A DNA stretch of 64,000 bases from Pseudomonadota bacterium (GTDB taxonomy: Archaea; Thermoplasmatota; SW-10-69-26; JACQPN01; JAJPHT01), in the NCBI GenBank assembly GCA_021325135.1, contig JAJPHT010000036.1, positions 32,001-96,000 of the forward strand. Reading direction: 5' to 3'. Every line of letters starts with the position of its first letter. The stretch's first letter is position 1. Positions 1 to 7,033 of the stretch are shown piece after piece. The position numbers and the translations under genes are program-made. The notes under the pieces were generated by a model that saw nothing but the letters and a program-made list of their open reading frames with translations, was not told where the DNA came from and did not search any database.

Positions 1-39
1 AGGTTAACACGGCTTCCCGCGCTGATCGTTGCGGTTACC

Positions 40-792
40 ATGATCCGGACCCTCATCGTGAACGGCTTCGTCGCCGCCCTTGCGCTGACCCAGGTGGGCT
101 TCGCGACGGCGGACAACACCTGCGCGCACAACAACGACCACGTCTACGAGCTTGCGACCTCCAACACGGTCCACAGCGACCTGTACCAGGGCCTGTTTGG
201 CTTCCTCTCCAACACGGACAACGGCCTGACGGGGAAGTCGGAGGGGATCCGGCAGGACTTTTCGGTGCGCGTGTACACGTCGGCGCGGGACTGCGGCAGC
301 GGAACGGACACGGACTTCACGGGTGAGTACGACACCGGCATCGGCGGCGGCTTCTTCGGCGCCACGGACGTGTACGACCCCGACTGCGGCTACGATCTCG
401 CGGTCCACGCCTCGACGGGCATGGTCACCGACCCGTTCGCCGCCCTCGTCGACTCGTCGCCCCGCGGCGCCTACGGCGTGGACGACGTCGAGGGGCCCAC
501 GCCGCTGCCCAACGGCGAGACGGTGCCGCAGGGCCTGGTGTCGGACGGGGCCCCCTACGCAGGGAACGGCTGCGTCACGGATGGGACCATCACGCCGGAG
601 ACCGACCCCTACGACTGCCTCAACGACTTCACCCCCTACGGAGTCGGGCAGTCCACCTGGGAGCCCGGCCCCTGCCTGAGCTTCGGCGGCGACGGGGGCT
701 ACTGGCTCTTCGTCGACTCGCGCATCGCCATGGACGGCCTGTCGATCCAGGACAACCCGGCGGCGCAGGGGCATCTCATCGCGGACGCCTAG
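40..792 (+). CDS. Secreted Asp/Gly-rich hypothetical protein
   Basis: Signal-peptide-like N-terminus (FVAALALTQVGFATA), GC3-rich codons, six Cys; no recognisable family. Confidence 0.75.
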   Translation: MIRTLIVNGFVAALALTQVGFATADNTCAHNNDHVYELATSNTVHSDLYQGLFGFLSNTDNGLTGKSEGIRQDFSVRVYTSARDCGSGTDTDFTGEYDTGIGGGFFGATDVYDPDCGYDLAVHASTGMVTDPFAALVDSSPRGAYGVDDVEGPTPLPNGETVPQGLVSDGAPYAGNGCVTDGTITPETDPYDCLNDFTPYGVGQSTWEPGPCLSFGGDGGYWLFVDSRIAMDGLSIQDNPAAQGHLIADA

Positions 793-1037
793 CGCGGCGC
801 GGCGTCGGCCGGCGCCTCGGGCTCGCCCGGCCCCGCGATGAGCGTCGTGATGCGCCCGTCGCGGTCGGCCACGGCCCAGAGGATGCGCCCGTGGGAGACG
901 CCCAGGGGCATCCAGTGGCCCTCGCGGGCGCCGCCCACCTGCACCGAGGCGTCCGCGCCCACCATGGCGAGGGAGCGCGCGAGGCGGGCGACGAGGTCCT
1001 GGAGGGAGGCGTCTTCGAGCGGGGCGGGGCCGCGCAT
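789..1037 (-). CDS. Small hypothetical protein (82 aa), W-x11-W domain copy 1
   Basis: ATG at 1037 inside ORF 789..1658 (MRGPAPLEDASLQDLVARLARSL...); motif shared with 14672..15199 and 15202..15534. Confidence 0.65.
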   Translation of the reverse strand: MRGPAPLEDASLQDLVARLARSLAMVGADASVQVGGAREGHWMPLGVSHGRILWAVADRDGRITTLIAGPGEPEAPADAAPR

Positions 1038-1100
1038 GCCCCTTCCTGGGGCCCGGAAGGGCTTAGGGGCGCGCTCGCCCGGCGCGGCGGGCCCCTGGCG

Positions 1101-1131
1101 CTTCTGCCCGTCACATCCGGGCGGGCAGAAG
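1101..1131. promoter_or_regulatory. Candidate operator: inverted repeat CTTCTGCCCG-N11-CGGGCAGAAG
   Basis: Perfect 10-bp arms in a divergent intergenic region; 1105..1123 matches 2460..2478 at 16/19 positions. Confidence 0.4.
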
Positions 1132-1253
1132 CCCGTCGTGCGTCCGGGGCGCGCCCGATCCATTGCCCGCGTGTGACGAGGCGCGCAGATATCTTCCCGC
1201 AGGTGGGTCCCAGATGCATGATCCCCCGCGGCCTCCCCTTCTTCGCCGTCGAG

Positions 1254-1505
1254 ATGGTCACCCCCGACGCGGGCTCCCGGCCCAGGGGTCCCCTTCTCGC
1301 GCGGCTCCTGGAGGCCTCCCGCGACGCGGACGCCGCTGAGGCGGCCCTGGCCGAGGCGCGGGCGCGCTACGGGCGCGAGCCCTCCCCCGCGGGCCTGGAG
1401 AAGATCCGCGAGGCGTCCCTGGACGCCCTCCAGAAGGAGCTTCGCTTCGAGGCCATCTGGAAGGGCGCGGCCCAGGACCTCCTGGCCGGCGAGCGCGAGG
1501 GCTGA
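1254..1505 (+). CDS. Small alpha-helical hypothetical protein (alternative start 1218)
   Basis: 3' part of ORF 891..1505 has coding-like codons; ARYG...FEAIWKGAAQDLLAG resembles the N-half of 14672..15199. Confidence 0.65.
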   Translation: MVTPDAGSRPRGPLLARLLEASRDADAAEAALAEARARYGREPSPAGLEKIREASLDALQKELRFEAIWKGAAQDLLAGEREG

Positions 1506-1510
1506 GCGCC

Positions 1511-2329
1511 CTACTCGGCGGCGCCCAGGACGCGGCGCGCCTTGGCCCACGTCTGGTCGAAGAAGAGCGCCTCGGCCTGGACGAAGCCGGGGGCCGTGGT
1601 GTGGATGGCCACCTCGTCGCGGGCGTGGAGCGACTCGGAGGGGTCGTTGACGACCCACATGAGCAGCTCGCCGCCGTCGACGATGAGGAACTGGATGGTG
1701 CTCTCCAGCGCGGGCGCGCGGACGCTCGCCCTGGCCGCGGCGCGGAACGCGTCCAGCTTGGCCCAGCCCGCGTCCGTGGCGCGCACGAGCATGCGCAGCG
1801 CCACGTCGTCGTCGCGGCAGCGGCGCAGGAGAAGGTCGAGGCCGCCCGAGCGGTCGCTCAGGACCACGCTGGGGGGGAACGTCGTGGCCCAGTCGATGCT
1901 CCCCTTCGCGCCCTCGATGAGCCGGTCGCGCAGCGCGTAGATCTCCTCGCGCCCCTGCACGACCTTGTACGTGCTCTTCATGGGCGCGTCGGCGGTGACG
2001 TGCAGCTGCGTGAGCAGCGGGAACACGCTGTCGCGGGCGAGGCGCAGCTCGTCCACCGAGGCCAGCCGGGAGGTGATCTCCGAGTCGAAGACCATCTTGG
2101 GGTTGACCGCCGCGTACCGCGCGGGCCTCTCCAGAGTCAATTCCACGAGGCCGCGGGAGAGGAGGCGCGTGGCGTTGCGGTAGACCTCGTTGCGGTGCAG
2201 CTTGAGGGCCGCGGCGAGGTCGCCCGCCTTGGCGGGACCGGCGAGGCAGAGGTGGACGTAGATGGCCGCCTCGCCCTCCTTGAGGTCGAGGGCGCGGCTG
2301 ACGGTCTCGATGGCATCGTGGACTCGCAT
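1511..2329 (-). CDS. TrmB-family transcriptional regulator (paralog 1)
   Basis: wHTH EAAIYVHLCLAGPAKAGDLAAALKLHRNEVYR...LLSRGLV...PARYAAV plus C-terminal PLD-like effector domain (FLIVDG...FFDQTW); ATG at 2329. Confidence 0.9.
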   Translation of the reverse strand: MRVHDAIETVSRALDLKEGEAAIYVHLCLAGPAKAGDLAAALKLHRNEVYRNATRLLSRGLVELTLERPARYAAVNPKMVFDSEITSRLASVDELRLARDSVFPLLTQLHVTADAPMKSTYKVVQGREEIYALRDRLIEGAKGSIDWATTFPPSVVLSDRSGGLDLLLRRCRDDDVALRMLVRATDAGWAKLDAFRAAARASVRAPALESTIQFLIVDGGELLMWVVNDPSESLHARDEVAIHTTAPGFVQAEALFFDQTWAKARRVLGAAE

Positions 2330-2459
2330 GGAGGCCGTCACTTGTTCACCACGCGGCGGCGCCGCGCCCGCTCCATCCCCGCGGGCGGGGATATGCCGTT
2401 GCCTCCCCGGGGGCGGCGGAGGGCGTGTTGTTCGCCGCGGGCGGGCAATCCGGGCCCCC

Positions 2460-2478
2460 TGCCCGCCACACCCGGGCA
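2460..2478. promoter_or_regulatory. Candidate operator TGCCCG-N7-CGGGCA
   Basis: Palindrome between divergent trmB and pilin genes; near-copy at 1105..1123. Confidence 0.35.
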
Positions 2479-2563
2479 AGCGCGCCGCCCGGCGGCCGTT
2501 CCGCGCAAGCCGATATGCCCGCCCGGCCGGCTCTCAGGGGTCGGACCTCAAGGAGGTCATGCG

Positions 2564-3010
2564 ATGTCGAAGATGATCCACGCCCTGAACCGGAACGACC
2601 GCGCGATCTCGCCCGTCATCGGCACCATCCTCATGGTGGCCGCGACGGTCATCATCGCCGGCGCCGTCTACGCCGCCGTGAACGCCTACAGCGGGAAGAG
2701 CGCCAAGACGCCCACCGAGGCGAGCTGGAAGGCCCAGACCATCGACTCCAATGGCGACGGGCTGGACGACACCATCAAGGTGACCTACCTGGCGGGCCCC
2801 GACGGAGCCTCGAACATCGGCTTCTCCTTGAAGCAGTCCAACGGCACGGCGCTCCCGGCCGGCGGCCTGCACTCGGGCACCTGGAGCCCCGGCGACTACG
2901 AGACGTACAAGCTCCAGTACGGCGCGCCCTCGGGAGCCGTCGCCGTGTACATCACCATCTCCCAGGCCGGCAACACCGTCCTGGACCAGACCCTTACGCT
3001 GCGCCAGTGA
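2564..3010 (+). CDS. Archaeal type IV pilin (probable major pilin)
   Basis: Class III signal NDRA|ISPVIGTILMVAATVIIAGAVY; Shine-Dalgarno AGGAGGT at 2551-2557. Confidence 0.92.
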   Translation: MSKMIHALNRNDRAISPVIGTILMVAATVIIAGAVYAAVNAYSGKSAKTPTEASWKAQTIDSNGDGLDDTIKVTYLAGPDGASNIGFSLKQSNGTALPAGGLHSGTWSPGDYETYKLQYGAPSGAVAVYITISQAGNTVLDQTLTLRQ

Positions 3011-3046
3011 GGCCGTGAACCGTCGTCCGACAAGGAAGCTGACCCC

Positions 3047-5062
3047 ATGCCTTCGATCGTCCCTGTGCTTGAGTTCGTCCATGCCTTGAACTCCGCTGGC
3101 GTCGCGGCGGACTACGCGACCACCGTCGCGAACCCCACGGAGCAGTGGAACAAGCTGCCCGTGGAGCGGCGCGAGGCCTTCCTCGTCGAGCACGGCGCCG
3201 AAGGCACGGCCCAGTGGGTCTCCAGCGTGAGCGCCGTCAAGCGGCGCGGGCGCGCGGCCGACGTGGAGAACGTGTTCATCATGATCGAGTTCTCCAACGG
3301 CCGCAAGCTCTCGGGCTCGGCGCGCCGCGCGGGCGCCCGCATGCTCTACAGCGCGTTCACGCCCGCCGCCCCCGTCGACGGGGCCGAGGAGCTTCTCCTC
3401 GCCATGGACTCCGGCGGCGAGGGGGGCCGGCTGCGCGTGCTCCACGTCCTCGACGCGGCGTGGGGCGGCGAGCCCTACGACGTGGCGCACGACGGCGAGA
3501 TCACGCGCTACGACGCGCCCGCCGGCTACCGCGAGAAGGAGCGCTACTGGCTGGAGGAGCCCTTCTCCATGGCCGTCATCCTGGAGGGCGAGGACCACGA
3601 GCTTCTCTACCACGTCCAGGAGCCGCAGCTCACGGGCCTGGAGGAGGCGCTCCTCTCGACGTTGAACGACCGGCTGCGCGACGTGCTCATCCTCCAGGAG
3701 GAGGGCGACGCGGGCCGCGCCGAGTTCCTGCTCGCCAAGGTCTTCCAGCTCCTGGGCATGTACCGCCTCAAGACGGACCGCCGCACGGCCTACAAGCTGG
3801 GCTACGTGTTCCTGCGCAACTACCTGGGCCTGGGCCGCCTGGAGCCCATCATGCACGACGTCCACGTGGAGGACATCTCGTGCAACGGGCCCAACCTGCC
3901 CGTCTTCGTCGCGCACAACGCGCACCAGTCGATGCGCACCAACATCGCGTTCGACGAGATGGAGCTCAACACCTTCACCGTGAAGCTCGCGCAGCGCGGC
4001 GGGAAGCTCCTCTCCATCGCGCAGCCCCTGGTCGACGCGTCGCTGCCCGGCGGCTCGCGCATCCAGGCCGTGCTGGGCCACGAGATCACCTCGCGCGGCA
4101 GCGCCTTCACCATCCGCAAGTTCCGCGAGGACCCGCTCACCGCGGTCGACCTCGTGAAGAACGGCACGCACTCCCTGGACACCATGGCGATGCTCTGGCT
4201 CGCGGTGGAGATGCGCCGCAGCATCCTCGTCATGGGCGCCACCGCGTCGGGCAAGACCACGACGCTGAACGCGCTCTCGCAGTTCGTCCCGCCGGCCCTC
4301 AAGATCGTCAGCATCGAGGACACGCGCGAGATCACGCTGAAGCACGACAACTGGCTCGCGGCCCTGACGCGCGAGTCGTTCACGGGCAGCGCGACCGACC
4401 GCGTCTCCATGTTCGACCTGCTGCGCGCCGCGCTGCGCCAGAGGCCCGACTACCTCATCGTGGGCGAGATCCGCGGCGTGGAGGGCCTCACCCTCTTCCA
4501 GGCCATGAGCACCGGCCACACCTGCTTCAGCACGATGCACGCGGGCAGCGTGGAGAACGCCGTCTACCGCCTGGAGAACGCCCCCATCAACGTGCCCCGC
4601 GTCATGCTCACCTCCCTGGACTTCCTCGTGGTCCAGGGGCAGGTCAACCACGAGGGGCACCCCGCGCGCCGCATGCTCTCGTTGACCGAGATCAACGGCA
4701 TCGACCCCCAGAGCCGCAACCTGCGCGTGAACGACCTGTTCCACTGGGACGCGGCCAAGGACCACCACGACGCCGTGGCCGAGAGCGCCGTCTTCGAGCG
4801 CGCCCGCAGCAAGGGCGGCTGGAGCCGCGCGCGCCTGGACGAGGAGTTCTCGGCGCGCCGCCGCGTGCTGGACCGCCTCGTCAACCGCAACGAGCGCCAC
4901 TACCACGACGTGGCCAAGGCCGTCAGGCAGTTCTACGCGGACCGCTCCGAGCCCTCCGACTGGGTGCCCGGCCCCGTCTTCCCCGCCGTCGAAGGCGAGG
5001 CGTTCCCCGCGAAGCCCCTCGACGAGCCCGCGCAGGCCCGCCGCGCCAAGAGCAACCGCTGA
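3047..5062 (+). CDS. Type IV pilus assembly ATPase (VirB11/FlaI/PilB family) with unusual N-terminal domain
   Basis: Walker A GATASGKTT, SIEDTRE, ALRQRPDYLIVGEIRG, TGHTCFSTMHA. Confidence 0.95.
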   Translation: MPSIVPVLEFVHALNSAGVAADYATTVANPTEQWNKLPVERREAFLVEHGAEGTAQWVSSVSAVKRRGRAADVENVFIMIEFSNGRKLSGSARRAGARMLYSAFTPAAPVDGAEELLLAMDSGGEGGRLRVLHVLDAAWGGEPYDVAHDGEITRYDAPAGYREKERYWLEEPFSMAVILEGEDHELLYHVQEPQLTGLEEALLSTLNDRLRDVLILQEEGDAGRAEFLLAKVFQLLGMYRLKTDRRTAYKLGYVFLRNYLGLGRLEPIMHDVHVEDISCNGPNLPVFVAHNAHQSMRTNIAFDEMELNTFTVKLAQRGGKLLSIAQPLVDASLPGGSRIQAVLGHEITSRGSAFTIRKFREDPLTAVDLVKNGTHSLDTMAMLWLAVEMRRSILVMGATASGKTTTLNALSQFVPPALKIVSIEDTREITLKHDNWLAALTRESFTGSATDRVSMFDLLRAALRQRPDYLIVGEIRGVEGLTLFQAMSTGHTCFSTMHAGSVENAVYRLENAPINVPRVMLTSLDFLVVQGQVNHEGHPARRMLSLTEINGIDPQSRNLRVNDLFHWDAAKDHHDAVAESAVFERARSKGGWSRARLDEEFSARRRVLDRLVNRNERHYHDVAKAVRQFYADRSEPSDWVPGPVFPAVEGEAFPAKPLDEPAQARRAKSNR

Positions 5063-7033
5063 GTGATCCCCATGGCCGTCACCTTCCGCCGATTCAGCTC
5101 CCTCTGGTTCCGCGCGCTCGAGCCCGTGGTCTCGACGGCGCAGAGCAACGCCGCCACCGCCAAGGCGCTGCGCGCGGCGCGCATCGGGATGTTCCCCGAG
5201 TGGTACATGGCGCTCTCCTACCTCGCGTCCACCGCGACCGCCCTCGTCCTGGGCGCCGCGATGTGGGCCGCCCTCGCCGCGACGCGGGCGCTCGCCGGCT
5301 TCCCGCTGGGGCGGCCCCTCCTGGCCGTCATGGTCGCGGCGTTCGCGTTCCTCTGCATGCGCCTCGGCTTCCTCGCGTACCCGCGCCTCACGGCGGCGGG
5401 CCGCGCGCGGCGCATCGACGCGGAGATGCCGTCCGTTGTGACGCTCTGCTACGCCCTCGCGCAGGGCAACGTCGCGCCCCTGGAGATCATCCGCGCCGTC
5501 GCCTCCGAGCGCAACGCCTACGGCGAGGCCGCCGTGGAGTTCGGCGTCGTCATCCGCAACGTGGAGTGGCTGGGCCTGGACCTCGTCTCCGCGCTGAAGG
5601 AGACGGCGGCGACCTCGCCCAGCGCGCGGCTGCGCTCCTTCTTCGACGGCCTCGTGACCATGCTAAACTCGGGCGCCGACGCGAAGGACTACTTCATGCA
5701 CCAGGCGAAGACGGAGCTCAACGAGGCCGACATGGCCTTGGAGAAGGACCTGGAGCAGGCCTCGATGCTGGCCGAGATCTACGTGAGCGGCCTGCTCGTG
5801 CTGCCCCTCCTCCTCATGGTCGTCATCAGCGGCCTGGCCCCCCTCGCGGCGGGCCAGACGGCGCTCATCCCGTTCATCGTGTTCGCCTTCATCCCGCTGG
5901 GCACCATCGTCTACCTCATCCTCGTGGAGACGCTGCTGCCCCCCGTGAGCCTGGAGGTGCCCGACCTCGACGCGCAGCGCCTCGCCGACTTCGGCCTCGC
6001 CAGCGTGCCCGCGCAGACGCGCCTGCTGCCGCCCCCGTGGGAGACCAGCTGGCCCGCCAACGTCCCCGAGGGCGAGGGCAAGGAGGCCGCCCGCGAGGCG
6101 CGCCGCCTGCGCCGCGAGATCATGGTCCAACGTTTCCGCCAGCGCATGGTGGCGTCGTGGCGCCGCTTCACGGGCCGCATGCTCGCGCACCCCACCGACG
6201 CGCTCCAGTTCTCGGGCCTCGTGGGCGCGGCCGTCATCATCGGCGGCGGCGCCGTCGCGTGGATCAACGGCCTGCGCGGCAACGACCTCGCCCTCGTGGG
6301 CACGGGCGTCCTCGTGGCGGGCGCCATCTGCGCCGCCATCCCCGTGAGCGTCTTCCACGAGATCCGCGTGCGCCGCGCGCGCCGCGTCGAGGAGACGATC
6401 CCCGACAACCTCACCAAGCTCGCCGGCTTCAACGAGCGCGGCATCGGCCTTCTCCAGTCCTTCGAGATCCTGGGCCGCTCCGCGACGGGCCCCCTCGCCG
6501 CGGAGTTCCGCGCCGTGGAGCGCGACGTCTCGTGGAACGGCAACCTCGTGAGCGCCCTGCGGCGAATGCGGCAGCGCGTCAACGCGCTGGCCATGTCCAA
6601 GGTGGGCATCCTCATGGAGCGCGCCTCCGCCGCCACGGGCAACCTCCGCGAGGTGCTGGACATCGCGGCGACGGACGCGACGAAGCGCGAGAGCCTCCGC
6701 GGCACGCGCCGCCAGGCGATGCTCAGCTACGTCGTCGTGATCTACATCGTCTTCGCGGTGTTCCTCTACGTGCTCTACATGGTCGCCAACCTCTTCTACG
6801 GCCCCGCCGGCCTTGGCGCCGCGGCGGCCTCGACGACGGGCGGCGGCCTCTCGCAAGGGCTCCAGGCGCAAACGGCGCGCGTGCTCTTCGCGCAGGCCGC
6901 CGTGATGCAGGGGATCTGCTGCGGCATGGTCGCGGGCCGCCTGGGCGAGGGCTACGTCCTCTCGGGCCTCAAGCACGCGGCCATCCTGGGCGCCAGCGCC
7001 TACGCCGTCTTCCTCCTGGGGGTCCTCGCGTGA
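5063..7033 (+). CDS. Type IV pilus membrane platform protein (TadC/FlaJ, duplicated T2SSF domain)
   Basis: Two cytoplasmic T2SSF-like segments (IDAEMP...SPSARLRSFFDGL; VEETIPD...SALRRM) alternating with TM helices; directly after the ATPase. Confidence 0.92.
   Translation: MIPMAVTFRRFSSLWFRALEPVVSTAQSNAATAKALRAARIGMFPEWYMALSYLASTATALVLGAAMWAALAATRALAGFPLGRPLLAVMVAAFAFLCMRLGFLAYPRLTAAGRARRIDAEMPSVVTLCYALAQGNVAPLEIIRAVASERNAYGEAAVEFGVVIRNVEWLGLDLVSALKETAATSPSARLRSFFDGLVTMLNSGADAKDYFMHQAKTELNEADMALEKDLEQASMLAEIYVSGLLVLPLLLMVVISGLAPLAAGQTALIPFIVFAFIPLGTIVYLILVETLLPPVSLEVPDLDAQRLADFGLASVPAQTRLLPPPWETSWPANVPEGEGKEAAREARRLRREIMVQRFRQRMVASWRRFTGRMLAHPTDALQFSGLVGAAVIIGGGAVAWINGLRGNDLALVGTGVLVAGAICAAIPVSVFHEIRVRRARRVEETIPDNLTKLAGFNERGIGLLQSFEILGRSATGPLAAEFRAVERDVSWNGNLVSALRRMRQRVNALAMSKVGILMERASAATGNLREVLDIAATDATKRESLRGTRRQAMLSYVVVIYIVFAVFLYVLYMVANLFYGPAGLGAAAASTTGGGLSQGLQAQTARVLFAQAAVMQGICCGMVAGRLGEGYVLSGLKHAAILGASAYAVFLLGVLA

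Noticed and set aside
3047-3420. Functional response-regulator receiver domain on the ATPase
   Set aside because: Superficial ARRAGA..EELL similarity only; the acidic pocket, phospho-Asp and conserved Lys are not identifiable. Kept only as an alternative fold hypothesis
3145-7029. First 1295 codons of the 2091-aa ORF 3145..9420
   Set aside because: Arg/Pro/Gly-rich off-frame shadow of the ATPase and TadC genes caused by high GC; the real protein starts at GTG 7030 with a prepilin signal
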